Source: Eledone cirrhosa
Taxonomy: Eukaryota
Reading direction: 5' to 3'
DNA length: 64,000 nt
Assembly (NCBI GenBank): GCA_964016885.1
Contig: OZ024740.1
Span: 388,430,001 to 388,494,000 of the forward strand
Shown here: positions 40,260 to 51,946 of the stretch, in pieces
How positions within the stretch are numbered: position 1 is the first letter of the stretch
Layout of the letters: each line of letters begins with the position of its first letter
The notes under the pieces: model-generated
The model's input: only the letters and a program-made list of their open reading frames with translations
Databases searched by the model: none
Told to the model about the DNA's origin: nothing
Translations under genes and position numbers: made by a program

Positions 40260-40523
40260 TTCATATATAATTGGTGTTGGATGCTTAAAGCGTCCGTATG
40301 CGGTAGGCCGTATGAACACTCGATGCTCTTACAGAGCTGAGTATGATATCACAGAAAAAAAGAGAATCAGTGTTGCGACGCATGGAATGAGGACCTTGCG
40401 ATTTTCAGAGTCAGGTTCTATCATCACATCGATCGTGCCTCGAGCTGGTCGCTAGAGAAACGATTGTAATATGTCCAATAAATACCATTCGTCGCAACAC
40501 TGATTCTCTTTTTTTCTGTGATA
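40260..40523. mobile_element. Small fold-back element (~40-bp arms at ~40345-40385 and ~40484-40523)
   Basis: ATATCACAGAAAAAAAGAGAATCAGTGTTGCGACG / CGTCGCAACACTGATTCTCTTTTTTTCTGTGATAT. Internal GAAACGATTGTA may be the 3' half of an HHR. Confidence 0.65.
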
Positions 40524-40544
40524 TATACATATATATATATATAC

Positions 40545-40598
<54 letters not shown>

Positions 40599-40608
40599 CG
40601 TGTGTGTT

Positions 40609-40731
<123 letters not shown>

Positions 40732-41140
40732 TAGAATTAGAATTTAGCTTTGAGCATAGCTCTATACAGATATGTATTGGAATTTCATATTTCTAAAGAA
40801 ATACGGTATGTTTATAAATAAACATTTAGAAAGCCGTTGCTATGCAAAAACACCGACAGTTATCACCACCTGGCGGTATCCGATAGAAGCAAGGGGGACA
40901 ATAGTTGATGCATTTCGAACTGAACTGATTCTCACCAGGACGATCCGTCTCGCTCTTGCAACAGCGTTTTATATATATTTATTGTCCCCCCTGCTTCTGC
41001 TGGACACCGCCAGTTGGCGATAGCTGCCGGTGTTTTTGCATAGTTACGGCTTTCTAAATGTTTATTAATAAACATGGTGCATTTCTTTAGAAATACAAAA
41101 TTCCAATACATATTTGCTCAAAGGTAAATTCTAATTCTAT
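40732..41140. mobile_element. MITE with ~160-bp imperfect TIRs, no HHR seen
   Basis: TAGAATTAGAATTTA..GCAAGGGGGACAATA / TATTGTCCCCCTGC..TAAATTCTAATTCTA. Ends are symmetric. Confidence 0.8.
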
Positions 41141-41386
41141 ATATGGGATAACATATTTATATATGGGATAACAAGTTGTCGTTATAGGAAAACTAGTTAT
41201 AGGTTGTGAGTACTCTGCATTGTGGATAGTTCGATGTATTCGATCAGAGGTAAACACTGTATTTAAGGTCGAGTGACGCAACTTCGAGTGATTAGGGGCC
41301 TTTAGACTCAGCTGATCAATGAAACAATTGTTAATACCTGAAAAAAAAGCCTTTTTGTACAGCCGACCATGTTATTCTTCAATCTT

Positions 41387-41444
<58 letters not shown>

Positions 41445-41536
41445 ATTATATATATATATAGGAAAATGTTTAACACCGACGGCAGAGCTCAAGCCGTTTC
41501 GACGACTATTTCTGGTTCTTTACCACAATTCCTTCG

Positions 41537-41667
<131 letters not shown>

Positions 41668-42350
41668 CAGTATATATACACATAAATTCCTTTCGTTGTC
41701 AACTTATACAATGCTTTTATAATATAGCATGTATATAGGTATTCTGAATTTGTAATATAATTCTGACTACGACATCTACTAAAGATATATACAGATATTT
41801 TTTTGTTTTTTCAGCTACGCCACAATTTTACAATTTGCCGCACGCAACATAAGTATCACACACACAAATATACACACGCACACGCACATTTATATGTTTG
41901 TGTATATATAAATATATGTGTCTTTGTGTGTGTGTGTGTGTGATGTGTCTCTGTGTGTGTGTTTGTTTGTGATGTGTGTCTGTGTGTGTGTGTGTGATGT
42001 GCGTGTGTGTGTGATTTGTGTATGTGTGTATGTGGGGTGGGGGTGGGGGTGTGCACGCTTCTATCTTTGACTGAGCTCGTTTTAATCAAAAGACATTTCA
42101 ATACTCTACTGGGAGTATGTTTACAAAATCATATGAAAACTAAAATTATGACTGTTTTTATCAAAAATACTGACATTGTTGTTGTTTATACATTTTATAT
42201 TTTAGGTTGCATATACCTAATATTCTCAAATGGAGAAAAATAGGTGTTATTTGATAACAAAAAATGGAAACAAGATTCATCATATATTCTCCAGTATCTC
42301 GTGTTATTTCTTTGGAATATCCTTTTAAAGACATTTTTTTGAAATACCGA

Positions 42351-42399
<49 letters not shown>

Positions 42400-42413
42400 C
42401 AGACATACACACG

Positions 42414-42450
<37 letters not shown>

Positions 42451-42736
42451 ATATATATATATATATTATAATATATATATATAGAGAGAGAGATATATAT
42501 TACATTAATATATATATTATATCTAGACATCAGATGTCAAAATATATTCCCAAGAATTAATTAACAATATATATCTAGTTGTTTAGAAAATATTTTGTAA
42601 AAATTGCAGTATTGAATTAATGTCAGTAAAGATTCTTTCTTAAATTTTCCATCATCGCTGGCATAAAATATGATCATTTCTTCATTACAAACGATTATAT
42701 TACAAAATTGTACATGTATCAATAAATACACACACT

Positions 42737-42826
<90 letters not shown>

Positions 42827-42846
42827 CATATATATCTATATCTATC

Positions 42847-42888
<42 letters not shown>

Positions 42889-43249
42889 AGTCCCGGGTTC
42901 GACCAGTGGTAACCACAGTAAGTAAGGTACTCAATACATAGTAGATATATACAATATTTAATATAGAAATGACCTCTACAGGAAACCATTATATATAGTA
43001 TATATATATATATATTATATAAATGTGTGAGTGTATATACATATATATGTGTATGCGGTTTGTTTAATTGTATGTATTGTGTATGTATATATATATATAT
43101 ATATGTGTGTCTGTATGTAAGTATATGTAATTAAATGAATCTTACCATTGTTTGTTAATAAGCTGCAAAATAAAGAGAACAATTCATGCCAGCTGATGAT
43201 TTACAGTTTTTACGATAACTAAGAAATGAATGCTTGTCCCTTCTCAGAA

Positions 43250-44720
43250 ATATGCAAGGTTGAGTCATGGCAACTTTCATTTTGATTAGAATTATATCTT
43301 ATCTGACTACCAGCATGAAGACAAAGTTTGTAACGTGATTGGCAGACAGGTGTTTTGAGGTGTCTCTGATCAGTTATTAGCAGCTAGCCTTTGTTCATGT
43401 GACCTTCATGTAACCTTCTGTCCTAAAACATCATTCTTAAGAAGGGAACATCAGTCACGTGTTCAACATTTGAATGGATTAATCACATCTTTGAAATTTC
43501 CTTTCCTTGAAACTGGTTCAGTAAGATTTTCCTTAAAATTCATTGACGAATTACATAAGATTTCATTGGAGGTAGCCATAGTCACGATAGGTGCACAGCA
43601 TCTTAGCCATTGATTAACTGCATGACAGAGAGCCAAGAAATTGAAGTAACAAGCTTTTATTACAAAGCCTATGCCAACCTGCTGCGCCCCAGTACCAATT
43701 TTCCAATACAGTTAAACGAGTTTACCACAGTTACGAACAATTCACGAATGAAGTAATTTATATTTGGCGGTGTTTTTATTCAGCTAATCCCCCAAAAGAA
43801 ATGGTAGTGTTGTCCATAGAAAGGGTTATCAGTCGTCAGGTCAGGATACTAACGAAATGTTACTACATCCAACGTCAAATTAACCTCTACACTCAGAACG
43901 CCATACAAAGGGAATTGCCCTCAGAGGCTCGCGGGTGCATATTTTGCCTACCATAATCCCCCTTCTTCCTCACCATAGATGCTGATGGGGAATGAGGAAT
44001 GGGCAGCAAAGTAGAAAACTGGCTTGATAATTATTCAATTGGAGATGAGTTGTGCTGGACTAACCCCACCCTCTCTTCCTGTCACCCAGATTTGAATGCA
44101 GGTATGGATATCAGAATATGAGCTCAACGGGACCGATATACTTACATTCTTAAGCTTACTAGATGAGTTATTGTATGTATAGCTTACTAGATGAGCTATT
44201 GTATTTATAGCTAGATGTTATGAGGTTCATCCCCGCTTCCTTAATGGCTACTAGAGATGGATCACACCTACAGCATCTGGAAGAGTTTCAAATGTGCTGC
44301 CTCAAAGTACAGGATCCTAAGCACCAAGATAATATTAAAACGATGTGACATTATATGCATTGAATAAATCATCATGCAAGTACAATTGCCCTGTGCTGGA
44401 CATGCATCACGAACGGGCAGCGAACGCACACCTAAGACTAATCAAGTAGCTTGACAAGTAACACCGGTCACGGTATGTTTTAACACGGGTCACGGTATGT
44501 TAAAGGTATGTTTTAAATCAACCTTGAAATTGCGTCGGTTCGATCGAATAACATAGGAAAACAGGCCACCAAACGAATATGATTACATAACATCTGCTAC
44601 AAAGGCAACACGATCTTATAGACAAGCGACACGCTGTCACATGAAAGTCACTTCCACAAATATCATCATTACTCCCATAACACCATAACATCTGGCGTGA
44701 ATACAAAAGGAACTGTTAAT
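43250..44720. mobile_element. Very decayed RTE-like relics (EN-like on minus ~43250-43990; RT C-terminal-like on plus ~44200-44720)
   Basis: Faint remnants VGIGFVIK (minus); LEEFQMCCL and AGHASR..RTPK (plus). Confidence 0.35.
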
Positions 44721-44788
44721 TATGTATAGAACTCAAGTCATTGCAAATCATATGATTCATATTCAGTATACACGTACGTCATCAGATG

Positions 44789-44855
<67 letters not shown>

Positions 44856-45374
44856 GTATGTACGCATGTATGCTTGCATATATGTATGTATATATATATG
44901 TACGTATGTGTACATGTAGTTCTGTAGAGGTAATAATATGTTGATTAAAAGTTACAGACGTTATATAAACGTTATATGAACGTTATATTACTGTGAAGAA
45001 AGAATTGTTATAAACCAACTAATTTACAGTGCACCATGATACATTTCAATTGGGAGAAAAACCTATAAAAAGACAAATTGGCAAATTGATATGTCAGAAC
45101 TTTATAATATAGCCAAATCAATTACAAACTTAGAACTTTATAACCAAATGCAGTAATATTAAATCATAATTTCAGCATATTTTCATTCCAGAAATGACAT
45201 AAGACAAACGTAAAATTTAAACGTGAAACATTTGCATGGTTATTTGCAAATTAGTGAAATATATGACAGGATATTTGATTTTACTTTTGTGAAATCATTA
45301 TTATTGATTTGGGGAACAGAAAATTTATTATGGTATAAAGGCTAAGTAGAATAACATAATTATATCTGATTTAT

Positions 45375-45580
45375 ACACAAGGCTAACAATTTGTGTGTAG
45401 GGGAGTCGGTTAAATCGACCCTAGTACGTGACTGGTATTTTATTCTATCGAACCTGAACGGTTGAAAAGAAATGTTGTCTGTCCTCAGAGTGATTTAAAT
45501 TCAGAATGTAAAGAGATAGAAGTAATAGTGCTCCGCATTTGGTTGATGATCTACAGATACTGTCAACCCACCGTCCCTAA
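45375..45580 (-). mobile_element. Diverged SINE
   Basis: ACTGGTATTTTATTCTATCGA is the reverse complement of the SINE core. Confidence 0.65.
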
Positions 45581-46152
45581 GTACAATAACAATATGGTAA
45601 ACACTATAATAAATAGCAATGGATATTTAGTAAAGTATTTCTATTTAATAATTCAGTTATTGTACCGTTTAAACTAGAAAGTTTTATTTAAACTAGGATT
45701 TTATCTATCTTATGAAAGTGTGATCGACAAGAAAAAATATAAGGTTCAATGTTTGTAATGAGGTTGAAAGATTTAATTTTGGTTTAAGAGTGGAAATGAT
45801 GAGTTAGAGGACATTTTCCTTCAATATGAGCAATGACTGCATGTTATACTGCTAATAGATATTAGAAGTTCATATTTAAATCGGGGTTTTTACTGTTTCC
45901 TTTCATAAAACAATACATGATCATTTTAAGATTACATTGGTAAATCTGTCAACAATAGGCCCTGTGATCATGGGATAACAACAGCCCGAATCGGTGATTT
46001 ACGATGATGTATATAAGAATAAAATGTCTGTATATGTTGGCTGGAATAAAAGCCAAAAGGTATATTATTCTGCGTATTGCACTATCAGTTTTATGGTCAT
46101 ATCTTTTACTCACACACACACACATTCTTTTTATGTTAGGTGGAGTTTTGAG

Positions 46153-46189
<37 letters not shown>

Positions 46190-46277
46190 AACGACTAGGA
46201 CCCCGACGGCTGAGCTCAAGCCGTTTCGACCGCTAGGTGCATTATGGTCCACCTGGTTCCTTACCACATTTCCTTCG

Positions 46278-46319
<42 letters not shown>

Positions 46320-46329
<10 letters not shown>

Positions 46330-46960
46330 ATAGGGAGAAAAAGACGATTATTAGGAAGAAAAATATATTTTTTGCCTTTTATTATTTTCTCTTTTTTCTG
46401 GGTTCGAAAATGTTTAAAACAAAATATTTTACTTTGTGTGAAGTGTTTGCCATAATAACATATTTTGAACTGCTTATCTTCAAGAACTATGCCTGTAAAT
46501 AATATTATTTTTTCTTTCCAATTACCTTATCATGTTCTACATTACTCTCTTTTTTTATTTTTTATTTTCACTTCAAAAACCTTGTTTGTAAATAACATTA
46601 TTCTTTCTTCCCCATTTCCTTAACATATTCAACATCACCAACATTTTACACCAATACAAATTCCCACTTTTGATAATGCATAAAATGCTGAAACCGGTAA
46701 TAGACAATTATTAAATATATAAATAAATAAATACCATTTTTAATTAATAAATAAATTAACTAATACCTTAACATTTCACACAAAGTAAAATATTTTGTTT
46801 TAAACATTTTCTAACCCTGAAAAAAGAGAAAAATATAAAAGGGGGAAAAAAATATTTTACTTCCTAATAATCGTCATTTTCTCCCTATTTTCATATGTAT
46901 ATATATTCCAACTCGCGTGCTCCTTCTCCACATTTTATTATTATTATTATTATTATTAAT
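46320..46960 (+). mobile_element. Fold-back element (arms ~46320-46447 and ~46770-46897, right tail) with an internal HHR-like motif at 46665-46703
   Basis: Inverted arms read directly. Motif UUGAUAA-UGCA UAAAA UGCU-GAAA-CCGG-UA with a weak stem I. Confidence 0.7.
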
Positions 46961-47092
46961 ATATATATATATATAAACGTTTGTATATGTATAATAAAGC
47001 CAAAACAATGCAGGTATGGACATAGAATAAAGAATGCAAATGCAAAAGATATTGCTGACAATTAGTCTTTTACCTTAGATTTATTTAAATGT

Positions 47093-47128
47093 CCTTAATT
47101 TTCGAGATAATATCTCTTCTTCAGAGGG
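47093..47128 (-). ncRNA. Ultra-minimal type I HHR (mirror copy at 49916-49951, plus strand)
   Basis: CCU-CUGAAGA-A GAGAU AUU AUCUC-GAAA-AU-UA/AGG. Stem III is reduced to the palindrome AAUU. Confidence 0.6.
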
Positions 47129-47541
47129 AAATAAAGCTCTCAAACCAGTGTTCTAAATAGCTTGCCAGTCATGCTGACAGGAAATGGTATAGAATATCTG
47201 TTCTATCTCTAATGTCAAAGAGTTAGAATTAGGTGGATAAAGAGTAGTCTTTAAAAGGGGTTTATTTTTGTTTTTGTTTTGTTTTTTTGTTTTGGTTTTT
47301 TTTATACATGCCTGTTTAAGTATGTGGGAGAATGCATGAAGGTGTAAGTATGTGAGTGTGTGTGTGTGAGTGTGAGAAGATATTTCGTAAATGTGGGGGA
47401 TAGGTGTTATCTGGTGTTAGAACTGGTTTTGTGTGTGTATGTGTGAGAGAGCATAAGTGGAGGTGTAAGCGTGTGTGTGTGTGTGTGCGCGCGTGCGTGT
47501 GTGTGTGTGGGGTGTGTGTAAATATGGGGCTAGAAGCTCTA

Positions 47542-49872
47542 TCAGATTATAAATTGGGTGTTGAGTTCTAGTCTATTATTGATTGGTGGTTGTGTTTTAT
47601 CTATAATTAGTGCTTCCTTAATTCTAAGATTGCCGAGGTTTCTTTCCTTAGTTTCTATCCTAACTGTTATGGTTTTGTCGGTGTTTTTGCATTTAACTAG
47701 GTGTTTCTTAAATGAGGAAGCGTTAGTATTGAGGTGTTCTTTTATTCTTATGTGGAGTGGTCTGGTGGTGCTACCTACGTAGAAGTTGTTGCATTTGTCA
47801 CACTCTAGTCTGTATACGACGTAAGCCTGGTGGCATAGGTCTGTGTCGTTGATGGGGCAGTTGGCTAGTCTGCAGCAGTTGTCATGTCTGGTGGAGTGTC
47901 TTTTGGTTAGCTGTCCGTGTAGAGAAGGACCTGAGTGGGCCAGTTGGATATCTAGTCCCTCTCGTCTGAAAGCTCTGCGGATGGCTGTTGTTGTTTCTTC
48001 ACTGAAGTATGGAGCTTCAGGAAGCAAGTGTTAGTGCCTCGGGTGTGGTGTCCTCTGTTCTTTCTGGCACGGTTTGTGGTGGATGTCGTGTATCCGTTCA
48101 GTTTGAGTACTTCCAGGAAATGTGTGGTGTGTGTGTCTCGGTCTCTAGCGTCGGTGCATTTGTTCCGGATACATGCCAATTCGTTCCTTATGTATCCGAA
48201 CTTGACACCGAGTGGGAGGGCCGATCTGAAATGTACGAACAGGTCCCTGCTGGCAGCTTTTTTATAGAAGCAGGTGTGGATGTTGCCTTCCTCTGTTACC
48301 CTGAGTTGGAAGTCCAGTAGGGATAGGGATCCGCGGTCATCGGGGTGTTCCATGCTGAACTTTATACTGGCGTCCATGCTGGAGAATGTTGTGTATATTT
48401 TATCTGCCTCTTCACGGGATGATGTAAGGATGAATATGTCATCTACATATCGGGTGAAGAAGGTATGGGAATGGCAGGTGTTGAGGGCTCGGCATTCTAG
48501 CTGGTTCATGTAGGTGATGGCCAGCAGGCCCGATAGGCTGGATCCCATGGGTAATCCTGTTGTCTGTCTGTATGTGTGGTGGTGGAAGGTGAAGTACGTG
48601 TTGTCTACTGTGAAGGACAAAAGCTGGTGTATGTCCGTCGGGTGGAGGCCGTAGCAGTGGATGTCCTCTGCGACCTCGCAGTCCGTCAATAAATCGACAG
48701 CTGGATGAGCGGGGACTGTAGTGTAGAGGGAGACAACGTCGAGGCTAAAGGCGTATTTATTTAGTTCAAGTTGTTCTGGCTGGAGTTGATGTAGTCTACG
48801 TATAACTTCGTCGGAGCTACTGACATGCCCGGGAAAGGTGGAGAGTAGAGGCTTGAGGACCTGGGAGAGGAGCCAGTAAATTTTGTATAGGGGTCCTTCT
48901 ATGCTAGAGACGATGGGTCTTATTTGCGTCTTAGTACTATTCTTGTGGGTCTTGATGAGGTGGTAGAAAGTGGGCAGTCTGCTATTTCTAGTGGTGTAGT
49001 TGAGCTTAACTTTATTTGGGAGTTGTCTTCTCCTACAGATATCGAACCAGATGGAGTTGGTCTGTTTTTCGATCTGGGCTGCAGTCATGTCCGGGATCTC
49101 TGTGTATAATTCATTGTCGCTTAGGTGTTCAAAGGCTAGGTTGTTGTATGTGGCTTGAGAGATGACGCAAAACTCTTTACCTTTGTCGGATGGTAAGTAT
49201 ACAAGTTCCCTATTCCGTAGGTTCTTCAGGGCGAGTTGTTGTGTCCTGGAGAGGTTTGGGGCTATCTTCTTCTGTTTCCGTAGGATGTTAAATACGGAAT
49301 CTTTTAGCCACGAGAGTTTTTCTTCAAGCTCGCGGTTGGCAAGCGGTGGACAGAGTGGGCGATCCAGTTGGTATATCGGGAATCTGGGTTTGATAGATTC
49401 CGTGGTGTTGTTGCCGAGAGTCGATATCCATTTTAGTTGGTAGGCAGCCCGACAGAAATTCGTTTCTATGTCGAGCCATAATTTGTCGTCCAGTCTCTGT
49501 TTCAATATGAACTTGGGACCCAGGCTGAGGAGGTCTAATTCCCCTCGGGAGAGGGATCCTGTCAAGTCTGTGACGAGGTGTTTTGCGTCAGGTGTCTTGT
49601 TGTTCCGGGCGCCGCTAGGTTCAGTGTTGGTACCGTCTTGTTCGCCTCTGTTGGTGTTTAGAGTTGGGATATTGTTAAGACAGTTGGCCGTCCTGAGTTT
49701 GAGAAATTTTTGCGTTAGACATATTTTCTCGTAGTCTCGGCGATGACCTGTCTATAGTGGCGGAGATGACTCTGGACAGAGGTTCTGGGGTTTCAGCGAA
49801 TTGTGGTACAAGACTGGAAATAGTCCGTATGTGTTGTTGTAGCGTGCGGTGTAGGTGTTGTCCTGTCAGCAT
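47542..49872 (-). pseudogene. PLE ORF (RT 47952-49565; GIY-YIG 47542-48027), frameshifted and probably 5'-truncated
   Basis: LSLGPKF, SDKG, LIKTHK, RPIVS, SLDVVSLYT, GLPMGSSLS, RYVDD, LLD; VVYRLECDKCNNFYVGSTTRPLHIRIKEH..KHL..EAL.I..P.IN. Confidence 0.9.
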
Positions 49873-50110
49873 GACTTGGCAAGCTATTTAGAACACTGGT
49901 TTGAGAGCTTTATTTCCCTCTGAAGAAGAGATATTATCTCGAAAATTAAGGACATTTAAATAAATCTAAGGTAAAAGACTAATTGTCAACAATATCTTTT
50001 GCATTTGCATTCTTTATTCTATATCCATACCTGCATTGTTTTGGCTTTATTATACATATACAAACGTTTATACCTCATTACACAATGCTCCAAGTGAACT
50101 ATAACCTCCT

Positions 50111-50171
<61 letters not shown>

Positions 50172-50438
50172 TAAAACATTTCTATAGAATCACAAGATAA
50201 AATATATACCATTTCCTCTCCCAATTAGCATAATTAACTCTATAAAAAATCCAATAGACCAGGCTATAAGAATGAGGCTTCTATGGAGAAATCTCCAGCA
50301 AATAACCGAAACTAGCCCTTCGCGCCAGCCGCAACGGAATATTTATCGAATATTTCGACAGCGTAATCGCCCAGATACAGTCAATTAAACAGAATTAGGT
50401 GTAAAATAAACTAGGAGAAAATAGAATACCTTTAAATA

Positions 50439-50523
50439 CCTCTACCATGGTTTCGTCCGCATTTTGAGATTTCCAATAATTATGTAATAATTATGTAACT
50501 CGAGCACCGGATTCATCAGGAGA
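50439..50523 (-). ncRNA. Type I HHR with extended stem II
   Basis: UCUC-CUGAUGA-AUCCG..CGGAC-GAAA-CCAUGG-UA/GAGG. Confidence 0.8.
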
Positions 50524-51098
50524 TTTGCTCTGATCTAGACACTAAATTTTCCAAAGTGATCGCGCAAGAATTCATTCAAAATGGCTAAGAATCGAGACGT
50601 AGTAGCGATCAGGTTGGAAGGAGTGTGGTAGTTGCTTACGGCTAGTGGCTTTTTTGCTAGAAAGCACAGCACAATACAGCCAAATTTGTATCTCAACCTA
50701 ATGGGAGATTATTACATATAAAAAAGTTTACATATATATATATACATATATATACATATACGTGTTTTGCAACAGGTCACTTTGTGGCTCAATGAAAATT
50801 TAATAAATTAAATAATCAGAGCTATATATCATAAAACATGTCTATAGAATCACAAGATAAAATATATACCATATCTTCTCCCAATTAGCATAATTAACTA
50901 TATAAAAAATCGAATAGACCAGGCTATAAGAATGAGGCTTCTATGAAGAAATCTCCAACAAATAACCGAAACTAGCCCTTCGCGTCGGCCGCAACGGAAT
51001 ATTTATCGAATATTTCGACAGCGTAATCGCCCAGATACAGTCAATTAAACAGAATTAGGTGTAAAATAAACTAGGAGAAAATAGAATACATTTAAATA

Positions 51099-51183
51099 CC
51101 TCTACCATGGTTTCGCCCGCATTTTGAGATTTCCAATAATTATGTAATAATTATGTAACTCGAGCACCGGATTCATCAGGAGA
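51099..51183 (-). ncRNA. Type I HHR, second tandem copy
   Basis: Same as 50439-50523, with one stem II change (CGGGC). Confidence 0.8.
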
Positions 51184-51332
51184 TTTGCTCTGATCTAGAC
51201 ACTAAATTTTCCGAAGTGATCGCGCCAAGAATTCATTCAAAATGGCTAAGAATTATATATATATATATATATATATATAAATGTATATACATATATTCCA
51301 ACTCGTGTACTCCTTCTCCACATTTTATTATT

Positions 51333-51401
<69 letters not shown>

Positions 51402-51946
51402 GGATCTATATTATTTAAATGAAAACGCTACAAGGGAGATAACTTCAATACATCAATTAATTGATGTTTTTATGGAAACTATAGAAGATGCAGTTGGGGT
51501 GAATTCTATACTGCAAGAAGTTTGAAAATGGATTACTTAAAACGAAATAATAGCTAGTGTAAATTCATGGTACATTAATTATAATATTACGAGTGTAATA
51601 TTTATAGATGCCAGCCTACTAGCGTATTATCTATTACATTTATGGGTCTCTGTCGAGGAAATTTCAATACCTGGGTCAGAAAATGTAATTTAAATGACTT
51701 ACTTGTAAGTTCTGCCATTTGGACAATCAATCATGTAAAAATGAGATATAAAATGTGTATAAGCATACCTATATATATAGTAATAATAATAAATGTGAAG
51801 ACTAAAATCCAAAGAGAGCTCGATAAGGATAAATATATATCAAATAAATAAAAACCATAGAGCAAATATGTATTAAAATAACAGAGTAAAGTTTAAGCAA
51901 AGAATTGCTACTTTCACCCTTAACGAGATCTTTTGAAAGAACATAA

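Larger units (their letters stand above)
46973..50112 (-). mobile_element. Penelope-like element (RT + GIY-YIG with CCHH motif) with inverted pseudo-LTRs, in (TA)n
   Basis: Arms 46973-47182 and 49861-50072 are inverted, with a tail at 50073-50112. Confidence 0.9.
50165..51253 (-). repeat. Head-to-tail 660-bp tandem (about 1.65 units), one HHR per unit, in (TA)n
   Basis: Lines 50401 and 51061 are nearly identical (offset 660). No ORF. Confidence 0.9.
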
